Part shown: positions 13,911 to 24,730 of the stretch, piece by piece | Layout of the letters: each line of letters opens with the position of its first letter | How positions within the stretch are numbered: the first letter of the stretch is position 1 | Source of the DNA: Eledone cirrhosa | Lineage: Eukaryota | Direction of reading: 5' to 3' | NCBI GenBank assembly: GCA_964016885.1 | Contig: OZ024743.1 | Span: forward strand, 5,146,001-5,210,000 | Length of the DNA: 64,000 nt | Made by a program: the position numbers and the translations under genes | The notes under the pieces: model-generated | Databases searched by the model: none | Seen by the model: the letters and a program-made list of their open reading frames with translations, nothing else | Told to the model about the DNA's origin: nothing

Positions 13911-14364
13911 CTTTATTTTGAACATATCTGGACAATATTATTGTTTCATATATATTTTTCAAATATTAATCTGAAGTGTGATTTTTTATATTTGTATTTT
14001 TTAAAAAAAAGGGTTTAGCAACAAACTTCCAAATGTTCTTATTCATCAATTTTCATCATCATCATCATTATTATTTTTATTATTAATATTATTATTATTT
14101 TGTACCTCCTATCATGTACTTCCCCTCCTTCCATTTTCTTTTCTTTCCTTCCTCTCTATTTTTTTCTTATATCCAGGGAAACAACTTTTTCAAGTTAAGT
14201 TTCTCTGTTGCTCTTTTTCACAAGACGACTTAGACATTCCAAGTGATGTGTGTATGTGTACGTGTACACGTGTGGCGTCTGTGAAGAGATGAATTTATGT
14301 GTATATATATATATATATGCAGAGGTTATATTTAATTTGTTGGGATTCAACAAGCTTAAAAATG

Positions 14365-14410
<46 letters not shown>

Positions 14411-14900
14411 ATGTATGTATGTATGAATATATATATATGTACATATATATACATATACATATATGCGTGTTTATGTGTGAGTGTTTCCTATAATATTTCC
14501 CCAAGACTGCCCCTATATTTTCAATATAATTATTATTATATTAATATTATCCTAATTTTTGTTTATCATAAATTTACTTTGATGAGAGTTTTACACATCA
14601 TCGAATTGCATTTAATATCATCATTCTTACGAAATATTTTACCATTACAATTATTATTTTTCTACAGTTATGAAGTCTTAGACATGCAAAATCTTACACA
14701 ATACAAGTGCCGAAGCCTCCAAACTTCCCCCTTATTTACACATATACACGCCACGCACACATTATACTCCGTTCAGATATGTTTTTTCTCTTAAATTGTC
14801 CGTTTATACATATTTATATATTTTTATACGTTTTTTTTATACACACACACGCAAACATATATAAATATATATATATATATGTAATACATATATATATATA

Positions 14901-15168
14901 TATAAAAGTAATATATATGAGTAATATATATGATGAAACAGATACCAACACATCTGTATTTATATTGCAAAAGAAAGTTAGCCAGAATGAAGAATATTAA
15001 TTAAATAATTAATATTCTTCATTCTGGCTAACTTTCTTTTGCAATATAAATACAGATGTGTTGGTATCTGTTTCATCATATATATTACTCATATATATTA
15101 CTTTTATACACGGCTCAGGAATATTTCCTTTTGAGCTAATTCCATTGTAAAAGAATTAATTACGCTTA
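14901..15168. repeat. (TA)n-flanked foldback: 103-bp perfect inverted arms (14901-15108, 2-nt spacer) plus ~60-bp unique tail
   Basis: 14901-15003 is the reverse complement of 15006-15108; (TA)n on both sides. Confidence 0.95.
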
Positions 15169-15574
15169 ATATATATATATATATGTGTAATACCTATATA
15201 TATATATATGTGTAATACCTATATATATATATATATATATATGTGTAATACCTATATATATATATATATGTGTAATACCTATATATATATATATATGTGT
15301 AATACCTATATATATATATGTGTAATACCTATATATATATATATATGTGTAATACCTATATATATATATATATGTGTAATACCTATATATATATATATAT
15401 GTGTAATACCTATATATATATATATATGTGTAATACCTATATATATATATATATGTGTAATACCTATATATATATATATATGTGTGTAATACCTATATAT
15501 ATATATATGTGTAATACCTATATATATATATATATATGTGTAATACCTATATATATATATATGTGTGTAATACC

Positions 15575-15605
<31 letters not shown>

Positions 15606-15710
15606 ATGATGATGATGATGATATGTGTGTAATACCTATATATATATATATATATGTGTGTAATACCTATATATATATATATATATGTGTGTAATACCTA
15701 TATATATATA
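15169..15710. repeat. Compound minisatellite: GTGTAATACC core separated by variable-length (TA)n
   Basis: About 20 cores seen directly. Confidence 0.95.
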
Positions 15711-15857
15711 TTATAAGGAGTCGGGACCCAACGGCTGAGTTCTTGTCGTTCCAACAGTCGGCTCCCAACTCTTTATAATATAATCATACTATCCCAAGTA
15801 TCAAGTACTCTGTTGAGTAATGGTCTAACCATTTTCAAACTGAATCCATCCTGATTT

Positions 15858-16465
<608 letters not shown>

Positions 16466-16690
16466 GCTACATGTGGGGGTTTGTGGGGCTTTTTTTCTGC
16501 TGATTATGTTAAAATACATGATTTCACAGACTTCTGATTTACATTCCATTACGATATATAAGTGCTTCTAGTCACATCCATTCAATCTGTGCGTGAGTAT
16601 GTGTGAATTGAATTGACCAATGAATGTGTTAAAATTCATCATTGAACTGACTTTTGCTTCTACAGTCGTTATTATTTATAATTTCTTCCA

Positions 16691-16908
16691 GGGCGGTGGA
16701 TTGGCAGTATCGGTAGAGGGTCGGACGCCATGCTTTGCAGCATAGGGTTACGGCCTTTTATGATCTGAGTTCAAATTCCGCCGAGGTTAACTTTGCCTTT
16801 CATCCTTACGGAGTCGATAAAATAAAGTACCAGTCACGCACTGGAGTCGATTTAATCGACTTTCCCCTCCCCCCAAAAATTGCTGGCCTTGTGCCTATAT
16901 AAGAAATC
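16691..16908 (+). mobile_element. Apparently full-length tRNA-derived SINE with 20-bp TSD
   Basis: A-box-like TGGCAGTATCGG and B-box-like GAGTTCAAATTCC; central GCCTTTCATCCTTACGGAGTCGATAAAATAAAGTACCAGT, which resembles the Deu/Nin-type SINE domain (from memory). TSD attatttataat(t/c)tcttcca at 16671-16690 and 16909-16928. Confidence 0.88.
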
Positions 16909-17207
16909 ATTATTTATAATCTCTTCCACAAATTTTCTACAAAATATACCGTGATCAAAGACCTTCAGAAGTACCCTTCCTTCACTTCAAAAAATGTTTT
17001 TGTTTTGTGTCTGTGGTAGTAGGGGTTAGACGGGGGAGTTCTCATCTCTATTTTCAACGAAAGCTTTTGGCTAAACCTCTACACAATGACCTCCCTCTGC
17101 AGGTTTATTTTTATTATTTCATTTTTTTTTTTTTACACTTAAACATTTCCAACGAATTTATGTTTTAAATAAACGGCTTCCAATAAGACAATTATATATA
17201 TCTATAT

Positions 17208-17392
17208 CAGACCTGTCAACTCTCCCCGTCGGACGGGGAGATCGCCCACCCACTTTGAGGTGAGTGAGAGATGTCTTCTCTTGTGAAAATGAGTATAGTT
17301 TTCATTGTGTAAAATCTTGCCATTTTACCCCGTTTGGGGGCAATTTTTTTCATGGTACTCCACGTTTGAGTTTTTAGAGGTTCGCAGGTCTG
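17208..17392. mobile_element. MITE family B (TIR CAGACCTG...CAGGTCTG)
   Basis: TIRs visible; homologous copies at 20766-20929 (inverted) and 32576-32764. Confidence 0.85.
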
Positions 17393-17532
17393 ATATATAT
17401 ATATATATATATATAATTCACACAGAAGAATGGCTTCCAAATATAGTTTTGGGTTTAAATAAGGACATCTACAAAATAATAAACGTTAATTCATATTTAA
17501 CGAATTTTCGGGTATGATTTGTTGGATGTCCT

Positions 17533-17672
17533 CAGTGCCGGATTTACCATTGTGCTTAGGTGTGCTTAAGCCATCTTCCTGCCAAAAAAATGTTTTACCT
17601 CCTTCAGGGCCCAAATAAGGGGCCTCATAACTTAACTAGCACAGGGCCTCATTCGCCATAAATCCGACCCTG
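17533..17672. mobile_element. hAT-type MITE family A, internally deleted copy
   Basis: CAGTGCCGGATTTA...TAAATCCGACCCTG; 8-bp TSD gatgtcct/gatgttct. Confidence 0.85.
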
Positions 17673-18506
17673 GATGTTCTACACATTAAAAAAGAATAGA
17701 CATGATAATTTTCTTCCCTTCGCTCTTGTATCTTGTAGCTTCCTATACATAATATTCTTTCTCTCCATTCATGCATTCCAATATAGGATACTCAAATACT
17801 CTTGTGATTTCTAATTAGCTTCCTAATTCTTAATGTATTAAATATGGTAATACTAGCTTGGCAATTGTGGTTATAGATTTGTGTGTGTGTATGTATGTGT
17901 GCGTGTGTGTGTATGTATGTATGTGTGCGTGTGTGTGTATGTAGGCTGGGGCCATTGTGCTTTCTAAGCAGCTTCAAAATGTTAATAAATATATTTACAT
18001 TCTATTATTTTTTTTATTTTTTTTATATCAAATCTGGGTTCGATCTCTCATCATTTCTTAGTATTCAATTCTTAATACGTGTTCCATGTTTCCTGTCTAT
18101 AGATTAAGAAGGAAAATGATTATCACCATTTCATTACATTACATTGTCTAATAATTCAATTAATGTATCATGAAAAAAAAAATCAAAGTAGTTCTTTTTC
18201 TTTGATTTTAATTTATTTTATTTACGATTTTATACAAATATTTACAAAACTGTTTCAATTTTTTTTTTTTTTTTTGTCTTTTCAAATATAAGTGCCTTAA
18301 CTGTATTTCCTGCTAAAATTAAAAGATATAGACATATATATATATACACACATATATATATATATATATTCTGAAAACCTGAATTTGCCATGAAAATAAG
18401 AGGTTCTACCTTAGTTTTACGTAAAAACAAATAATTCATCTTTTAAATGTCAATTCAATTTCACAATCTTTGTAAATACAACTGGGAACTCACTGATATC
18501 CCTCCC

Positions 18507-18554
<48 letters not shown>

Positions 18555-18558
18555 TGCT

Positions 18559-18596
<38 letters not shown>

Positions 18597-18994
18597 GTTC
18601 ATAACCTAAAACCTGAAACATTCCATTAAGAAATGCTTAATACCAATAAATAGCGGGATGCATAGTTTTCTAATTGTTCCTCTTTAAAGGACGACACAAA
18701 AATAAGAATTTTGTATAAACTTTTTTAAAAACGTGGTTCATAGATCCACAGACGCACTCTTAGTGTTTATATATATATATATAAACAAATTTACATACAT
18801 ATATACATATAAACAAATGTGCCTGTACAGGAAATTATATTTCAAAAATGTCTTTTAAAATTTACATTTTAAACGTTATATAATTAAAATAAAATTATAT
18901 GAAAAATACTTTTTGTTTCGTTATATTTCATTTCTTTTTACCATCTCGTGTGTGTCTGTGAAATGAAAGCGTATAAACGACATAATTGTTTCTT

Positions 18995-19195
18995 CTTTTG
19001 GCACAAGGCCAGCAATTATACAGTGCATTACTGGTACTTTATCGACCCCGTAAGGATGAAAGGCAAAATTAACCTCGGCGGGATTCGAACTCAGACCGTA
19101 ATTCTATGCTGCGAAGCATGGCGTCCGACCCTCTACCAATACTGCCAATCTACCACCCTAGCATGGCGTCCGACCCTCTACCAATACTGCCAATA
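18995..19195 (-). mobile_element. tRNA-derived SINE with tandemly duplicated head segment
   Basis: Reverse-complement match to the 16691 SINE; gcatggcgtccgaccctctaccaatactgccaat occurs twice (~19116, 19161). Confidence 0.8.
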
Positions 19196-19318
19196 TAAAG
19201 ATGAAGCTATCGGTGACGATTCAATGACATTATGTCGATACTGCCAACATAATATCATTGAATTGTCACCGATAGCTTCATTATATCCAGTCTGACAGAG
19301 TTTAATAATAATCTATGT

Positions 19319-19841
19319 CAGACGCTCTCAAACTTTTGGGGCCACTGTTCCCCTCATGGCCACATAATACTCTCAACAACCCCACCCCTATTTCCAGAAA
19401 GTACTTCCTACATGCAAATTGTAAATAATATATAATAAATAAAATCGTTAATTTATATATAATAGATAAGATAATATATACTATGTATAAATAGATATTA
19501 TATATTTTTTATTTTACTATATTTATATATATCATTTGATATTTAATATACTATTATATCATCTGTACCGCCACCCCCACCCCTCGCACCATGGACCGTG
19601 AGTTAGCGCCCACTTTAACCCTTTAGGCCGTATCCGGCCAGAAATGTCTCACCTCTTTCTGTTCAAACCAATTGAAACTGGCTGCTTATACTGATGTTAA
19701 GGTATTGTTCTCAAAATAAATAATATCAAAATCTCATAGATTCGATATTATGTGAGATAATTATGTAAGATAAAATGTTTACTACAAAAATACAATAGTA
19801 TATATAGAGTAATGTGAATGCTAAAGGGTTAAGAACCTTTG
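19319..19841. mobile_element. hAT (Charlie-like) MITE interrupted near its right end by a piggyBac-type MITE
   Basis: Ends CAGACGCTCTCAAA / TTAAGAACCTTTG; 8-bp TSD atctatgt/ttctatgt. Confidence 0.65.
19619..19828. mobile_element. piggyBac-type MITE
   Basis: TTAA|CCCTTTAG...CTAAAGGG|TTAA; homologous to 21210-21389. Confidence 0.85.
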
Positions 19842-20129
19842 TTCTATGTTATCAGAAGTGGGTTAAATTCCTTCGTCTGTGTGAGAGGGAAATGCCAGAG
19901 TCCTCTTCTTCCATGAAGTATACAAACTTATCCAAATTTACTATTTTCTTTTTACTGCCTATTCAGAAAATGCAGTGGCCAAAACCCGTTTCAGGTGAGA
20001 AGGAAGGAGGTATCCTCGAATCAGGAACCTTGTCCCAATGCTAAAGGCATCTAAGGGCAAGATGGATAAGTTAAATCAAACCATGGATTAAATCTACCGT
20101 CAAAGTAGGCTTCAGAATACAAAGATCCA

Positions 20130-20290
20130 GAGCAAATACCACAAGGCACCTTGTCCTATGTTCTAACAATTCCGCCAGTCCACCGTACTGGTACTTTATT
20201 TTATTAATTCCGAAAGGATCAAAGTTGACCTCGCCGGGATTTGAACTCGGATCACCAAGATTTGAATTCTCCTCTACCATTGCCAATTTC
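20130..20290 (-). mobile_element. Rearranged tRNA-SINE fragments
   Basis: actggtactttattttattaattccgaaaggatcaaagttgacctcgccgggatttgaactc matches the SINE reverse complement. Confidence 0.65.
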
Positions 20291-20765
20291 AACATCTCTG
20301 TTAGCTCCACCACAACCACTACCACTACCATTATCATCACTCCCTTACCTTAGCAATCATCACCGCCACCGCTATCATAACAGATGAATAAATGTCAAGT
20401 CCTTAGAAAAACACGAAACTAAAGAGAAAAAAAAATCGGTCAAATAATTGTAAGTCGACAGTGTGATTTTCCTTTAATTATGCGATGGATTTTAAAAGGA
20501 GCGGGATATGAGGAGACCAGGGAGATAAGGAGCTTATTATTGAAAGCTTTTGAAGGGAATGAAAAATCAATACGAAGAAAAAAATATAGAGAAAAAGAAA
20601 TCAAAAACCTTAATCCCAAAAGGAAGCAATGGATTAATATCTAATTTGATAGGTCATCAGATATAAATAAACATTATAAAATGTACCTGTCATAAATTTT
20701 GAAGGGATTTCAAATTCCAGGTGGGACTCGGCAAAATAAGACCCACCCCACATACTAAAGTAAAT

Positions 20766-20929
20766 CAGACCTGCCAACTTCTAAAAACCCAAAACGGGGA
20801 GAATTAAGGCAAAATGGGGAGATTTTACATAATGAAACCTCTACTCATTTTCACAAGAGAAGACATCTCTCACCCACCCCACAGTGGGTGGGAGATCTCC
20901 CCGTAGGACGGGGAGAGTTGACAGGTCTG
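20766..20929. mobile_element. MITE family B, inverted copy
   Basis: CAGACCTGCCAACT...AGTTGACAGGTCTG; flanked by a direct gtaaat repeat (candidate 6-bp TSD). Confidence 0.85.
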
Positions 20930-21209
20930 GTAAATAATTGGAGAACTGTTCATTGGCATGAAAATCGGAAAGCAGATAAAACAATTTGCAACGTTTTAGT
21001 TGTGGCCTAGCAGCTCGTCAGCTTTCATCAAGCAGACCTATGATAAAATATATTCCAGAAGTAACCAATCAAACATATCATCATCAGCATCATCACCGTT
21101 TTACATCCATTCTTCCACGCTAGCATGGGTTAGACGGGCTGTCCTGTTGTGGGCAATGCCAGGTCAGATGACCTTGTCCTGCTCATACGTAGATTATCTA
21201 GTGATTTAA

Positions 21210-21389
21210 CCCGGCTGTATCTGCCAGAATTCTATCCACCCTTTGTTTAAACCAGCCACTCATACTAATCTTAAGGTATTGTTCTCAAAATAAATAATAT
21301 AAAAATCTCATATATTCGTTATTATGTGGGGTAAAGCCTTTACCATGAAAATATAATAGTAAATATAGAGTAATGTAAATACTAAAGGG
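21210..21389. mobile_element. piggyBac-type MITE (left end partly deleted)
   Basis: TTAA|CCC...CTAAAGGG|TTAA; interior shared with 19619-19828 (aaggtattgttctcaaaataaataatat). Confidence 0.8.
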
Positions 21390-22644
21390 TTAAGAAAGAT
21401 TTGGTTGATGTTTCTAGCAGCAAAATATCAATTTCTACCTTCAGAATTAGTCAGGTATACATTTCCTATTGCCCAATAAATTCACATGGATTTTGAGAAA
21501 GACAATTTTGGTAGTCAAGAGAAAAAAATTAACTACATCTTTATTTATGACTGGTTTAGATATTAGATTGTCTTATGCAAAACCAAAAAAAAAGCAAAAA
21601 AAGTAAAACGAGTGTCCTTCGTTGGTCTTATAGAACTCGCTGTGAACCATTCCAAACTTTAATATGGATCCTGTAGTGCATCACTACTGTAATATTGGTG
21701 ATCATCTTCTGACTTCTTTCTTCTCCTTCAGTCGGTGTCAGCCAATTGATTTGACGCATCAAGTTAAGCGACCATCTTTATATCTTTTTAAACCTTATTT
21801 CCGGTTGCATTTCAACTACTTTTTAAAATAATCAAAAATTTGAAGGGATTTTTTTTTGCGGTATTAAACTGGTGTTTAGAACATAAGTTTTTACATAAAA
21901 TTATGATGAAAGGCTTAAATTTAAAGATGGATGCTTTAAAACCAGTAGTTTCATGTATATTGGTATTGAATGGGTTAATATGAGAATGCGAGGAGGCATA
22001 AACTAGAAATAGTATCAGTTGCTCGACCAGTTATAAATAATTACTAAGACCTTGCAGATCTTAAAATCGTTTAAGATAACTGCCAGTTATTTTTCAGTTA
22101 TTGTAATATCCAAGTCAGATGAAACAAGTGAAATGAATACCCACTTAAGATTCTCTGTTTTATCCATCATTGTTTAAAAATGTTATACGAGTGACATATA
22201 AAACTTGCCCAACAGTTAATCTCTAATATGAAGCCTTTAAAATAGAGAATTTTGTTTCACAGAACCAGATGTGGTTTTGGCCGAGTGGTGTCAAAAGGGC
22301 TGGTAGTATTTAATACATAGAAATCAGAATTGCCTCAGTGCGAGTGTGTGTCCATGAAACACATATACACCAAGTCCAAACACAAGGAACCAAACTCCCA
22401 CTATAACTGCCTCCGTCTCTCCCTATCTTTTAGTATTATGGGCAAATGGGGGCCCACGCACTGGCTACCCCATGGCCTCGGCAGACAGAATTGAAGTAAG
22501 GATCTCACCGTTGCCGAATGGTATTAACACCATTCAAACACCTGAATATGTCAGGTAAGATGGCTTGGAACACTAAAGTTCACTTCTGAGATATTTGTTT
22601 AAAAAAAGTTCTTTCAAACTGAAAAGAAAAATATACTTTTAGTA

Positions 22645-22975
22645 ATCATCATTTCATTTTACGTCTGCTTTTTCCCTGCTTGCAAGGGTAGGATGGGAAC
22701 TGATTCTGGCTTGCTTTCTACAGCTGGATGCCCTTCCTAACACCAACCTTATTTACAGTGAGCGCTGGGTGCTTTTTTGCTGTGGCACCTCCACTTTGCA
22801 GTGGAATGATAGGGACCCCAGTCCCTATCATCTCATTTCTACAGCTGAGTAAACTGGAGCAATGTGAAATAAAGTGTCTTGCTCAAGGAAACAACACATC
22901 ACCCGGTCTGAGAATTGAACTCACAACCTTTCGATTGCAAAGCCAATGCTCTAACCACTAAGCCATGTGCCTCCA
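22645..22975 (-). mobile_element. Composite SINE fragments (second SINE family with GGAAGGGCATCCAGCTGTAG body, plus a tRNA-head fragment)
   Basis: tttctacagctggatgcccttcctaacaccaac is shared with ~63900 and, reversed, with 30925-30958; tRNA-like gaattgaactcacaacc...ctctaaccactaagcca. Confidence 0.7.
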
Positions 22976-23514
22976 TAATAACAAAAGATACTTTTTCAAA
23001 TCCTGCTGGTCAACCTCATCTATTTTTCTGCGAGTCATCAATTAAATTAACAGTATTGTGTTCAATCCTCCTTTCTCTCTCTCAATCAGCTGCACTAGTA
23101 TAAAGGATGTGGGGGACCCTCTCACAGCATTCTTTTCCCCCAAGACAACCACTTCTACTCTATCTCAATGAGAAAATGTGGTCACTAACGACTATAGAGT
23201 ATGGCATATGATGATGAGGAGTTAATATTTTCTCTCTTAAACCACTTTACAAGCTGTAAGAATCAAGTACTTATAAATACCAAGTTTTTCAAAATGATGA
23301 GCCATTTTTAAGGAGATCTTTGTCATAAAATTGACCATTAATATAACTTATCCAACACTGACTTGAATTCTGTCCTCCAGTACCTTAGCAATAAGAACTT
23401 GCTAAAACGCAGAGTTGGTATCATATTTGGAGGGTGTTGTTTTGTCAGTGAAACAAACCTGATTAGGCTTACCACAGTGGAATACCATCTGAGAAAACAA
23501 CTTTTGACCCAATT

Positions 23515-23740
23515 TCTTCTTCTTCACCCACTTAATCCTGGGGGGGGGGGGGGGGGGGGGCTGAGTCCTCAAACACTCCCTCCAGAGGGTCCTGTCAGAA
23601 GCAACTGTCTCCAATAGATCCAGCTGGATCCCCAAGTGAGACCACCCAATCTCATGGATGTTATCCTACTATCTTGCTCAGAGTCTACCCCTGGGTCGCC
23701 TGCCGGTTGGTTTTGCCCATAAAATCTGTCCAGCAATTCT
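23515..23740 (-). mobile_element. RTE-clade LINE 3' fragment
   Basis: The minus strand translates approximately to RIAGQILWAKPTGRRPRGR...DNIHEIGWSHLGIQLDLLETVASDRTLWR. This has the GxRPRGR and DRxxWR motifs typical of RTE ORF C-termini and is followed by a (GAA)n tail. Confidence 0.7.
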
Positions 23741-23899
23741 TTCCTGACTAAGGTTGGTGAAACAATATTAAAAATTTACCATCAAAAACAATTTCAAATA
23801 AAATGAAATAAAATAAAAACCCAAAGCATAAAATTAAGTACCCAAATAAATAATTTATTTACAAAACCTCTAATATTCTATTAAAATAATATTTTTTAT

Positions 23900-24032
23900 T
23901 TAGTTTCGCCGTAAGCCTATCAGAGTAGCATCAGCTTCTAGTAATGTCACATGTTTGTCAGAACCTAGAAAAGCTGCAGACATTTCCAAATCATTTAATA
24001 ACAACTTCACTTGAGTGCCACGCCGGTATTCA
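23900..24032 (-). CDS. MRPS28: MRPS28 exon 2: (H)[43 protein letters not shown]
   Basis: Poly-T acceptor tttttcag|T completes codon CA|T in frame with exon 1; matches the C-terminal half of the bS1m domain; AATAAA overlaps the stop codon. Confidence 0.93.
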
Positions 24033-24289
24033 CTGAAAAAAAAAAAAAAATAACCAAAAATATTATTATACTTATATACATATTAAAAGATTCTGGCAAA
24101 AAATGAAGTCGAAAATACACAAAGATGCAAAATAAATGTGTTTATATAATTGAAAGACGTTAGACTTGATAAACATCAATTTCATCAAGCCAGTTAAGCA
24201 ATAATGCTGCCAATGCTCAATATGTATACATAAGACTGTATAATCCATGCAAACAGTGAGTTAACAAAGAAAAAATACAATGGCAGCTC

Positions 24290-24430
24290 TGATAGACCAA
24301 CAGAATGCCAGGATTTCTTGTGATATTCATTCTGGCTCTCTGCAATCTGTGTTCAAACCTCATCAAGGTCACCTTTCAGCCTTTTGGGATCAATAAATAA
24401 AATACCTGTCTAGTACTGGGATTGATTCTT
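24290..24430 (+). mobile_element. Degenerate tRNA-SINE in MRPS28 intron
   Basis: tctgtgttcaaacctcatcaaggtcacctttcagccttttgggatcaataaa...tacctgtctagtactggg is similar to the 16691 SINE. Confidence 0.6.
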
Positions 24431-24730
24431 CCTCTATGACCCTTTCAAACTCCCTCTCTCTTTCTCTGAAAGAAATCAACAGTGTTCAGACCTGGGGAGG
24501 TATAGGCTCTGCAAGGTTTAAAATGCCTCTACAACTCAATCAGGAGTTAGGAATTCATGTATGCAGTAATACCCATTAAATATAGCAGATAATTTTTGTC
24601 GTCTAATGGAGATGGTGGTAGTGTAAGATACAAGGTGGAAAAAATTCAGGGAACTAACAAATGTTGCCAATGAAGGGTTGCTACTTGAAAAAGGCAGACT
24701 GTATGAAGCATATGCAAGGAGTGAAATAGG

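Noticed and set aside
14930-14960. GAAACAGAT...ATCTGTA stem resembling hammerhead stem III
   Set aside because: No CUGANGA core upstream on either strand.
16691-16790. Possible tRNA gene (A/B boxes)
   Set aside because: No cloverleaf; continues into a SINE body with TSD and has many diverged copies in the window.
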